DNA of 20,586 nucleotides from a virus (Duplodnaviria; Heunggongvirae; Uroviricota; Caudoviricetes): IMG/VR virus record IMGVR_UViG_2563366976_000012, positions 1 to 20,586 of that record; one strand, 5' to 3'. Shown piece by piece: positions 1 to 7,091 of this stretch (position 1 is its first letter; each line of letters starts with the position of its first letter). The notes under the pieces were generated by a model. It saw only the letters and a program-made list of their open reading frames with translations, ran no database searches and was not told where the DNA came from. The position numbers and the translations under genes were made by a program.

Positions 1-1221
1 ATCAGGCTGTTTTCCGGTAATGAATTCAGCGGTTCTCCCGGCATGCACAAGAATCGCCGTTGCCAGACGGTCGGAAATAATCCCACGACGTGCCCATGAT
101 CCAAAATGCGTTTTACGGTCAGCCGTCGTCCAGGTTTTGGCGTCCGTTCGACCACCGGCTCCGTAATACCCAATATCCGCAACATCCGGATCTTCTGACG
201 GCTCGTTGGTACCCACATTTCGCCCGTTTTCATCCGTCATAAACGGCACAAAGAAGATTTTTTTTGCGGATTTCGTCTTATATGCACCATACACCGCATC
301 GTATTGCGAAGAATAAGTCTGCTTCCAGTAGTAGGTCGTGTCGCCACAAATCCAGGGAACTGATGACGGAGAGCCCCCGAGACACTGACCTCCGAATTCC
401 GACAGGTCAGAACGATATTTTTCCACCATGGAATCAAACAGCCCCGGCTGAGTGGCGTATGCACCCTGTTTCAAATCAAACTCGCCCTGCATCCAGACCA
501 CTGCAAGCAGAATATTTTTAGGGTTGGCCTTCAGTGCGGCCTGAGTACGGGTAAGCAGGTCCTTGTACAGTGGCTTATCTACACCCCAGCGTGCCGAGGT
601 CTCGCTTGCGCCGGTGGATTCGCTGAAGGTACCTTCATCGCCCGCCAAAAATGCAGAACCACCACGGCAGCACGGAACCAGAAGAATACCGGCATTCGCC
701 GGAATAAACGGCAACAATTTCTTCGCGATATGTAATCCCTGCCCCACGCATCCATACTGAGCTGCGCTGGCTTTCGGGTGTGAAAACTTACTCAAATCCT
801 GAACATCATGCAGGCAGTGGTCCGCAGGAATAATGTCATTGTAGTTACAGGACGCACCACCCGGCGTGACAGTGCTGCGACGCGCCAGCTGTTTAATACG
901 CGGGTCCGGACGGTCATATGTCTCCGGCAGCGGAAGCCCTTCACCATACGCCATACCGTTTGACTGCCCGGCCAGGGCAACAACAAAGTAATACTCCGGG
1001 TTGCTGGTAGTGCTGATAACTGCGCCTTCTCCATCCGACGGCTTCACCACCACAGGTGTGGTGACATCACCTTCCGCCGCAATGGCCTGCATCAGGGTAT
1101 AAGGCGTGATGGCCACCGGACTGCCAAATGGCTGCCACCCCTCCTTCAGTTTTTGTGTCAGTCGTTTCGCAAGGTCTGACGGCGATGCCGCCCTGACCAC
1201 GTCATAGTGTTTAAATGCCAT
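1..1221 (-). CDS. nanS: Prophage sialate 9-O-acetylesterase (NanS-p / YjhS family), N-terminal 407 codons; 3' end lies beyond window start
   Basis: Open minus-strand frame from ATG at 1219-1221 (SD GGGAGG 7 nt upstream) to the window edge. Translation MAFKHYDVVRAASPS...YYFVVALAGQSNGMAYGEGLPLPE...CCRGGSAF...VVWMQGEFD...WICGDTTYYW aligns by eye with E. coli NanS/YjhS SGNH-esterase motifs (GQSN, CCRGGSAF, WMQGEFD). Confidence 0.8.
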   Translation of the reverse strand, partial: MAFKHYDVVRAASPSDLAKRLTQKLKEGWQPFGSPVAITPYTLMQAIAAEGDVTTPVVVKPSDGEGAVISTTSNPEYYFVVALAGQSNGMAYGEGLPLPETYDRPDPRIKQLARRSTVTPGGASCNYNDIIPADHCLHDVQDLSKFSHPKASAAQYGCVGQGLHIAKKLLPFIPANAGILLVPCCRGGSAFLAGDEGTFSESTGASETSARWGVDKPLYKDLLTRTQAALKANPKNILLAVVWMQGEFDLKQGAYATQPGLFDSMVEKYRSDLSEFGGQCLGGSPSSVPWICGDTTYYWKQTYSSQYDAVYGAYKTKSAKKIFFVPFMTDENGRNVGTNEPSEDPDVADIGYYGAGGRTDAKTWTTADRKTHFGSWARRGIISDRLATAILVHAGRTAEFITGKQPD

Positions 1222-1403
1222 GAATCCTCCCGGCCGGGATAATATTGTGAGTAAAATAAGGAGCGGGCTGAAGTCCGGAAGTTACAGGACAATGGCAGAA
1301 GAGAGACGACAGCCCGCAATTCGAAAAAGACCGCGCAGTTGCGCAGCCTTATGAATTCTGGTTAAAATCCATTCGATTATAAAAATGTATATCTCATGCT
1401 GTT

Positions 1404-1429
1404 GCCCGAACCCACTCGGGCTTTTTTTT
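1404..1429 (+). terminator. Rho-independent terminator-like hairpin (plus strand)
   Basis: GCCCGA-ACCCAC-TCGGGC perfect 6-bp stem followed by T8. Confidence 0.5.
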
Positions 1430-1430
1430 G

Positions 1431-1460
1431 CCCACAAGAAAGCCCCTCCGGAGAGGGGCT
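1431..1460 (-). terminator. Stable hairpin, possible terminator for minus-strand transcripts
   Basis: AGCCCCTC-CGGA-GAGGGGCT perfect 8-bp stem; in minus sense it is followed by UUCUU. Confidence 0.35.
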
Positions 1461-1672
1461 AAAGCCGCGTATCTGTATCATCATGCACATGATGCCGGGT
1501 GCCTCCCGGTGAGTTCAGTATCAGCACCTGAACCCGCACAGAAAGGATAAGGGTCGGTGACAAAACACCAGTTGCTGATTGCCCCTCCGCACAGGGGGAT
1601 TCACCATGCCAGTTTCTTTTAACAAACTCCCCGCAAAACAGACAACTGTCAACCGTCTGAATTGTGAGACAT

Positions 1673-1698
1673 TTAAAAAAAAGCCCGCAAAAGCGAGC
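1673..1698 (-). terminator. Rho-independent terminator just downstream of the tRNA cluster
   Basis: Minus sense reads GCUCGC-UUUU-GCGGGC (6-bp stem with one G-U pair) followed by U8-10. Confidence 0.55.
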
Positions 1699-1713
1699 CG
1701 GGAAAAATAAGTC

Positions 1714-1790
1714 TGGCGCGTTGTACTGGATTCGAACCAGTGACCGATTGCTTAGAAGGCAATTGCTCTGTCCGGCTGAGCTAATAACGC
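1714..1790 (-). tRNA. tRNA-Arg (anticodon UCU), argO-like
   Basis: Manual fold of the reverse complement: acceptor GCGTTAT/ACAACGC (one mismatch), D-stem GCTC/GAGC, anticodon stem ATTGC/GCAAT with loop CTTCTAA (anticodon TCT), T-arm ACTGG-TTCGAAT-CCAGT, discriminator G, CCA. Confidence 0.85.
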
Positions 1791-1803
1791 AGGGTACAGA
1801 TAA

Positions 1804-1880
1804 TGGACCGCCATCGAGGACTCGAACCCCGCGCAACCAGCTTCGAAGGCTGGCGCTCTATCCTGATGAGCTAATGGCGG
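1804..1880 (-). tRNA. tRNA-Arg (anticodon UCG), argN-like
   Basis: Reverse complement folds with acceptor CCGCCAT/ATGGCGG, anticodon stem CCAGC/GCTGG with loop CTTCGAA (anticodon TCG), T-loop TTCGAGT, CCA end. Confidence 0.85.
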
Positions 1881-1887
1881 TATGTGA

Positions 1888-1963
1888 TGGTGGCCCTTGC
1901 TGGATTTGAACCAGCGACCTGGCGATTATGAATCGCTCGCTCTCACCACTGAGCTAAAGGGCC
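1888..1963 (-). tRNA. tRNA with CAU anticodon, ileX/ileZ-like (Ile2 by resemblance; Met not excluded)
   Basis: Reverse complement GGCCCTTTAGCTCAGTGGTGAGAGCGAGCGATTCATAATCGCCAGGTCGCTGGTTCAAATCCAGCAAGGGCCACCA: acceptor GGCCCTT/AAGGGCC, anticodon loop TTCATAA (CAT), T-loop TTCAAAT, CCA. Closely resembles recalled E. coli ileX. Confidence 0.8.
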
Positions 1964-1971
1964 GAGCCAAA

Positions 1972-2001
1972 AAATAATAATCAGATGAAAATCAATAATC
2001 A
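1972..2001 (-). promoter_or_regulatory. Candidate sigma70 promoter for the tRNA triplet
   Basis: Minus sense TTGATT - 17 bp - TATTAT, with the -10 ending about 10 nt before the tRNA 5' end; overlaps the 3' end of the AraC-family gene. Confidence 0.4.
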
Positions 2002-2705
2002 AGCCCTTGCCTGGATACATATCTGTCTGGCGGGAAGCCATAATAGCGGTGAAATACAGAAATAAAGTAGGACCTGCTTGAATAACCGCATTTTTCTGCT
2101 ATAGCCTGTCCATATCCATGCCGGGAACATAACATATTTACAGCAACACGCATCCGCTCTTCCAGCAACAAGCGACTGAACATGCCCCCTTCATTTTTCA
2201 GTTTTGTCTTTAACAAACTCTCACTCATATGCAACTGTAGAGCAATCGCACCAAGCGTCCAGCTTGCTGATATATCTGTCTGAATTATCGCCCTGACTTT
2301 GGCACTTATGCTGGATAAACATCCACTTAAAAACAATGACATCCGTTCATCTGTTTCAAACAGAGACAGGCAGGCCATCATAAGAAACATATCCGTGGCC
2401 TCTCCGGAAAATCCCTGGCTGGTAATTAAAGCCGCAGCCAACGCAGGATTGTTGGGTTCCAGCAACAGGTAAAGCGGAATGTCAGTCAGACGAGTCCTCG
2501 TCAGCTTATGCTGACTTTCCAGATATTGACTTACGACGGATTCGCTTATATCGACAATTTTAACTTTGCCATAATGCATAAGGAAAAGCTCCCTGATGCA
2601 TTTGGTGGCCAGAACAACTGAGCCTGGCTTAAGTGACAACGTATCCTTTTCAAGAAAAATATTAATTGGGGAGCAAACCATGATAACTGAACAGACAACA
2701 GCCAT
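1992..2705 (-). CDS. AraC-family transcriptional regulator, AppY/YdeO/GadX-like (prophage cargo)
   Basis: 237-aa ORF. C-terminal AraC-type double HTH (WTLGAIALQLHMSESLLKTKLKNEGGMFSRLL...GYGQAIAEKCGYSSRSYFISVFHRYYGFPP). N-terminus MAVVCSVIMVCS resembles AppY MDYVCSVVFICQ. AT-rich, lacks a good SD. Confidence 0.8.
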   Translation of the reverse strand: MAVVCSVIMVCSPINIFLEKDTLSLKPGSVVLATKCIRELFLMHYGKVKIVDISESVVSQYLESQHKLTRTRLTDIPLYLLLEPNNPALAAALITSQGFSGEATDMFLMMACLSLFETDERMSLFLSGCLSSISAKVRAIIQTDISASWTLGAIALQLHMSESLLKTKLKNEGGMFSRLLLEERMRVAVNMLCSRHGYGQAIAEKCGYSSRSYFISVFHRYYGFPPDRYVSRQGLDY

Positions 2706-2827
2706 TATAATTTTACTTTCATTAGCAATTGGTTAGCTCAATTATAGCCCCAAAAGGTAAATTATCATCAACACATAAGCAAAGGACTGACAGGTGTCGC
2801 CCCCCCACCAGCCGCCCATTCACCACA

Positions 2828-2853
2828 AATAAAAAGCCTTCAGGACTGAAGGC
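2828..2853 (-). terminator. Rho-independent terminator after the 65-aa gene
   Basis: Minus sense GCCTTCAG-tc-CTGAAGGC hairpin followed by TTTTTATTT; overlaps the stop codon of the 2840..3037 ORF. Confidence 0.6.
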
Positions 2854-3037
2854 GTCTGTAACAACCGCACTGATAGTCTGCCAGACCCGCCATAACAAGC
2901 TGGGTCAGTATTAACTGGCAGCGTTCGCGTGAAAGGTAAGTATTCTGCGCAATCTCCCCGACTGTCGCCGGTTCGGTAACGCTTAATTCATCAAACACAA
3001 CTCTGGCGGTTTCTGTCATATCCTGCTGTTTCAGCAT
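2840..3037 (-). CDS. Small (65 aa) putative winged-helix DNA-binding protein, function unknown
   Basis: ORF MLKQQDMTETARVVFDELSVTEPATVGEIAQNTYLSRERCQLILTQLVMAGLADY...; helix-turn-helix-like pattern; bracketed by its own terminator; AAGGG about 10 nt upstream of the ATG. Confidence 0.5.
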   Translation of the reverse strand: MLKQQDMTETARVVFDELSVTEPATVGEIAQNTYLSRERCQLILTQLVMAGLADYQCGCYRRLQS

Positions 3038-3160
3038 GTCTTTTTACCCTTTCCGGTTAACGTGACATACCAATAACTCTTGTCTAAAAAGCCAGCAAGA
3101 TAAAAAGCCAGTATTCACGACCACCAGCGTGTTTACTGTACTGCACCAAGTTTACAGGTA

Positions 3161-3186
3161 CAAAAAACCCGCTCAGTGGCGGGTTT
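3161..3186 (-). terminator. Rho-independent terminator after the unknown 205-aa gene
   Basis: ACCCGC-CACTGA-GCGGGT hairpin followed in minus sense by UUUUUUG. Confidence 0.6.
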
Positions 3187-3315
3187 AAGTTGTGTGGCGA
3201 AGTAACCACTCTTAACACACTAATAGCATTTTTGTTATAACACAAGTAGCTCATTCAGTATTTTTAGAATCTTGACTTTCTTAAGCACGGCGAACTCTGA
3301 ATACCAAACATAAAA

Positions 3316-3933
3316 TCAATTATCTTCCAGGCCGGATGCTATCAACGAAAGCCTCTCAAAAAACGCTGTAGCAGCCTTGTCCAAAGTTGAATAAGTACTG
3401 TATTCTCCGTGTTCGGGACCAACCACTACCCATGGTCGTCTTTTTGGGATTCGGGACTTCTCAGAAATCACTGTTCCAGATATACCAATATCAATTGTTA
3501 CACCTGTTATTATTTTCTCTTCATCTCTTTCCCTGAACTCAATTGCCATAAATGCCGTTTTTTTTCGTTTCCCGTTTTTAAAAAAATCAAATAAAGCAAA
3601 GCGATGCTCATTAAAATCAACACCCCATCGTCCTTCAGGATAAAGGGCATGAAAGTTGTCATTTACGCTCTGCATCGTCTCATAAGCTTTAACTTCTAAA
3701 TCTCCATAGTGCATAGATACCGCGCAGGAGTCACTGGGTAACTGTATTTTCCCAAGATTGAAAACCTTTACTGCTCCAGAACTATGGCATCTTGCCCGCA
3801 ATTTATCCCCATTTATACTAATCGGAGAAATATTCCTTAATGTTCCGGGCTGGCTCCCTCCTAAGTAAACGACTGTTAAAGATTGCTTATTTTCAATTGC
3901 ATCAACTAATACATGCTCTACATTTTTATCCAT
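3316..3933 (-). CDS. Hypothetical protein (205 aa), AT-rich moron cargo; no confident family assignment
   Basis: Start chosen at MDKNVEHV because GGAGG sits 5 nt upstream (the track ORF begins 9 codons earlier). Markedly AT-rich versus flanks. Own terminator downstream. N-terminal segment VVYLGGSQPGTLRNISPISINGDKLRARCHSSGAVKVFNLGKI has a weak WYL-like beta-barrel pattern (tentative). Confidence 0.6.
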   Translation of the reverse strand: MDKNVEHVLVDAIENKQSLTVVYLGGSQPGTLRNISPISINGDKLRARCHSSGAVKVFNLGKIQLPSDSCAVSMHYGDLEVKAYETMQSVNDNFHALYPEGRWGVDFNEHRFALFDFFKNGKRKKTAFMAIEFRERDEEKIITGVTIDIGISGTVISEKSRIPKRRPWVVVGPEHGEYSTYSTLDKAATAFFERLSLIASGLEDN

Positions 3934-4008
3934 AATAACCTCCCAATGAACAGGTATCATCAGGAGGTTATAATAAAATATGATTATTTACTTTGATTGA
4001 ATTTATTA

Positions 4009-4380
4009 CTATATGTAACAATCAATTTCTAAAGATACCCCCAACATTGCCAGACAACCGTCAATAAACCCTTCAGCTTTCTGCAGTCTGATAACAACCT
4101 GATTAAGTGATATCCCCAGTTTTACCCCCAACACCCGTAATGTAACCCCATACACATAATACATTTCCAGTAATTCGTATTGATACGGTTCCTTTTTCTT
4201 AAGAACTGTCATCGCAGAGCTAATGATCAGGCCATCGTCATCGCTACATTGCGGGCGGGATTTTACTTTCGAAGGAATTAATCCCTTAAAACCTGCAGCA
4301 ACAGATGACCATTCCACATCCTCGTGATTATTTGCCACCCATGCCCCTCAACGTTCAAGAACCATTTGAATATCACGCAT
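4009..4380 (-). pseudogene. Antiterminator Q (DLP12 QuuD/YbcQ type) interrupted by an in-frame TGA at codon 11
   Basis: Minus-sense reading from ATG at 4378-4380 (SD GGAG 8 nt upstream): [51 protein letters not shown]..., matching recalled QuuD [45 protein letters not shown] where the TGA replaces TGG (Trp). The frame reopens at GTG 4336-4338. Confidence 0.6.
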
Positions 4381-4397
4381 CAACTTTCTCCACAAAA

Positions 4398-5393
4398 TCA
4401 GGCCAGCACGCCTATTGCCAGCGCACGATCGATAAAACGAAATATCAGCTCCAGCTGGGAGCCATACTTCTCTTCAAATGCCACGGTATCCGCATGCAGC
4501 TCGTCGTGATGCTTTCTGCACAAAGGCAGCACGAAGAGGTCATGCGCTTTTGTACCCATTCCCCCCTGACCGTGGCCTATCAGGTGGTGGGGATCATCAG
4601 CAGGCTTTCCACAACATGCACACGGCTGCGTCTTAACCCAGCGCGTGTACTTTTCATTAACCCAGCGGCGACGTTTGGGGCGTAACATAAAAGACTCCGG
4701 CGACTCCGGATCCACTTTCAGCGCCAGCACCTTTTTCGCTTTATCCTGGATGATGCTGGTGGCAGGAACCGAAGGCACAAGGTCACTTTCCCGGGTGACA
4801 GACGGCACAACAGGCTTCGGTAATCTCAGTGCCTTACGGGCTGCACTTTCCGGTAAGGCATCCGCCAGGTCATTACGAATCAGCCACCAGCACAGTTCCG
4901 GCATTGTCACAACGTGACTGTCATCAAAACCGAGATCCCGACGCACAACAGACAACACCCAGCGGGCACAGTTATCCGTTGCCATTGATTCCAGCCGTTC
5001 CGTGAACTGATCGCGCAGCTGGTTATCGCAGTGCCAGCACAGACGGATTGCACCCGGAGCGTGTCGCATTGTGGTCATGTTCTCGCTGTGCCATCCGGAA
5101 TGAGGCCACTGGCAGCCTTTTTCACGAAGTAACCAGCTTTCAAGACATTCCACGCCACCAGCACGACGGATCACTGCCTCATGGCGGAACACGGCCCGAA
5201 CGGCAGGATCATCCGCCAGCGGTTGTGATGCCGCCGGAACGGCACCACTGGCGAAAGATGAATAACGCTCCGGCTCAGGCTCCAGCAGGACACGCCCCTG
5301 CATAAACAGGGGCATCAGCTCTGAACCTGGCCTGAACAATACGATCCCCATACGCGGGGCAATTTCAGGGGTCAGTAGTGCTCTCACAGTCAC
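4398..5393 (-). CDS. DUF968-family prophage protein (YdfU-like) with Cys/His-rich HNH-like C-terminus
   Basis: 331-aa ORF with C-terminal PCACCGKPADDPHHLIGHGQGG...LPLCRKHHDELH motif. GTG start; a second GTG two codons in has a better-spaced SD, so the exact start is uncertain. Confidence 0.65.
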   Translation of the reverse strand: MTVRALLTPEIAPRMGIVLFRPGSELMPLFMQGRVLLEPEPERYSSFASGAVPAASQPLADDPAVRAVFRHEAVIRRAGGVECLESWLLREKGCQWPHSGWHSENMTTMRHAPGAIRLCWHCDNQLRDQFTERLESMATDNCARWVLSVVRRDLGFDDSHVVTMPELCWWLIRNDLADALPESAARKALRLPKPVVPSVTRESDLVPSVPATSIIQDKAKKVLALKVDPESPESFMLRPKRRRWVNEKYTRWVKTQPCACCGKPADDPHHLIGHGQGGMGTKAHDLFVLPLCRKHHDELHADTVAFEEKYGSQLELIFRFIDRALAIGVLA

Positions 5394-5394
5394 C

Positions 5395-6210
5395 TCAATG
5401 AACGGTATCGAGCAGCTTTAACAGCTCAGGAAATCGGGATTCGAAGAAATGCGGCTGCGTCTCGCGCGGATTTGCAGGACTGGTGATGTTCTTGCCGAAC
5501 ATGCAGCCTTTCGCGGTCAGCGACCAGAATTTTTTGATGTTGTTAATCGCGGTACGGCTGTATCGTTCGCGTTGTTCAACGATCCCCAGCTTCGCCATCT
5601 GGTGATATGCCTGATTAGCCGTCAGGCGGATACCATACTGCTTCAGCAGTGCACTCAGCGACAGCGTAGGGCGGCTTGAACCATCTGGCGCATCAGCAGG
5701 TGCATCAATGGCATAGATCGGCATAAGTTCAGGAAGACCAGCTACCTTTGATAATTTCTGGTATGCACCAAGTTTCGAGGAGTTTGACAGATTTAGAGTC
5801 TTTGCTGCTGATTCAAGCAGAATGACCCCGGATTTAATTTTGTCGGATGTGGTTTCTTCTGGTGATGAATTATGAAGCGCATCAAAAGTACGTATCACTT
5901 TTAAGCTGAATGCCGGGCTGATCCACATTGCATATGCATAGACCAGCTCTTTACAGACATACGTCCCACCATTGCGCCCCTGAATGGTGATGACAGGAAT
6001 ACTACGGGAATCTCCCGTAGTTTCTTCTTCCAATAATTCCACAAGAGCCTTCGTTTCAGGACGACGCATAAACTCGTGAACTTCCAGCGAACGGGAGGAG
6101 CGATTCTCACCAGCGGCAAGAAGAGCAGCTTTCTGAAGGTCGTTAAGACAGTAGTTAGATTCGAAGTACTGGCGCACAGAAACGCCATCAATTACAAGCA
6201 ACTGATTCAT
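5395..6210 (-). CDS. KilA-N domain protein (Roi/antirepressor-like)
   Basis: Start at MNQLL (GGAGA 5 nt upstream; the track start is 4 codons earlier). N-terminal KilA-N/APSES signature ...GRNGGTYVCKELVYAYAMWISPAFSLKVIRTFD. Confidence 0.7.
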   Translation of the reverse strand: MNQLLVIDGVSVRQYFESNYCLNDLQKAALLAAGENRSSRSLEVHEFMRRPETKALVELLEEETTGDSRSIPVITIQGRNGGTYVCKELVYAYAMWISPAFSLKVIRTFDALHNSSPEETTSDKIKSGVILLESAAKTLNLSNSSKLGAYQKLSKVAGLPELMPIYAIDAPADAPDGSSRPTLSLSALLKQYGIRLTANQAYHQMAKLGIVEQRERYSRTAINNIKKFWSLTAKGCMFGKNITSPANPRETQPHFFESRFPELLKLLDTVH

Positions 6211-6307
6211 TGGTTTCTCCACAAATTTTTATCCACGAGCGGGACTGCACTCCCTTTTCGTTGATGCAGGATGAACTTACTGCGATTTTTAATAGTTATC
6301 AAGGATA

Positions 6308-6327
6308 CACTGTTCATAAATACAGTA
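6308..6327. promoter_or_regulatory. LexA (SOS) box-like palindrome upstream of the KilA-N gene
   Basis: caCTGTtcataaatACAGta: CTGT-N8-ACAG with AT-rich spacer, against consensus taCTGTatatatatACAGta. Lies in the 162-bp gap between RusA and the KilA-N gene, about 100 bp upstream of the KilA-N start. Confidence 0.6.
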
Positions 6328-6372
6328 TCTTTAACGAGGTAATACCCAAATTTAGGGTGTTGCTCAATTCCG

Positions 6373-6768
6373 TTACCGAGTTGCTAATTTGCAACTCGCT
6401 TTTTCGTACTTACTGATAGTGATCTCGACCTTCCCCTCCGGGATAACCGGTCCCCACTCCACCAGCATTCTTTTCACCTGACTGTCGTCTTCCCACACAC
6501 CCGCGTGGGTCAGGGCGTCAAACAGCGCCTTGTTATAGTTGTCCAGATCGCGGATCCGGTTATCCGGAGGAAACAACACGATCTCCACTGAAGCAGGTGC
6601 CGACGTTGGTTTCGGCAGACGACGTAACTGCTCAACTATTGCTGCACACGCCGCGCTCTGGAATTTTCGCCCCGCCGCGCTTATCAGGCTCTTACCAGCA
6701 AACGCCCCTTTGTTGGGGTGTCGCCAGTACGTGTTCACGCTGGGCGGAAAAGGCAGTATTAGCTTCAT
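6373..6768 (-). CDS. rusA: Holliday junction resolvase RusA
   Basis: 131-aa ORF; PFPPSVNTYW...NRIRDLDNYNKALFDALT matches the RusA catalytic DLDN...DAL region. ATGA overlap with the upstream gene. The last 12 codons are encoded by a perfect 8-bp hairpin (6377-6398). Confidence 0.85.
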   Translation of the reverse strand: MKLILPFPPSVNTYWRHPNKGAFAGKSLISAAGRKFQSAACAAIVEQLRRLPKPTSAPASVEIVLFPPDNRIRDLDNYNKALFDALTHAGVWEDDSQVKRMLVEWGPVIPEGKVEITISKYEKASCKLATR

Positions 6769-7091
6769 ACTTTCAGGCCCCTCTCATGTAACCAGTGGGT
6801 TGCACGCAGCCTTGCGTTTTCCTCACCGGCAAGCAGTGCGCGGATAATCCCGACCGCCTCGCTGTCGTCGTCCTTCATCGCAGTATGAAGCGTTATCCCC
6901 CGGGCCACGCCACGCTTTATCGTGATGACGCCTTTTTTCTCCAGTGCGCGAAGATGCTCCACCGCTGCATTCACCGAACGGTATCCCAGCATGGTTGCCA
7001 CCTCCTGATTGGTTGGCGGGAAGCCACGTTCTTTCTGATAAGAAATCAGCATATCCAGCACCTGCTGCTGGCATTGAGTTAACGTCGTCAT
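6765..7091 (-). CDS. LexA N-terminal DNA-binding-domain-only protein (no S24 peptidase domain)
   Basis: 108 aa; MTTLTQCQQQVLDMLISYQKERGFPPTNQEVATMLGYRSVNAAVEHLRALEKKGVITIKRGVARGITL aligns with LexA residues 1-70 ([58 protein letters not shown]...). The short C-terminal tail has no Ser/Lys protease motifs. Confidence 0.75.
   Translation of the reverse strand: MTTLTQCQQQVLDMLISYQKERGFPPTNQEVATMLGYRSVNAAVEHLRALEKKGVITIKRGVARGITLHTAMKDDDSEAVGIIRALLAGEENARLRATHWLHERGLKV

Noticed and set aside
1222-1713. Looked for stxA/stxB or another toxin ORF between the tRNAs and nanS-p
   Set aside because: The interval is about 490 bp with no ORF of adequate size and no resemblance to the Stx2A N-terminus; the only ORF (1459..1836, minus) overlaps two tRNA genes and is spurious.
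4305-4685. 126-aa plus-strand ORF spanning the Q start and the DUF968 3' end
   Set aside because: Antisense to two recognisable genes; no start signals.
6210-6416. 68-aa plus-strand ORF in the RusA/KilA-N intergenic region
   Set aside because: No SD, overlaps the start of the KilA-N gene and the end of RusA; the region is better explained as a promoter/operator region containing the SOS box.
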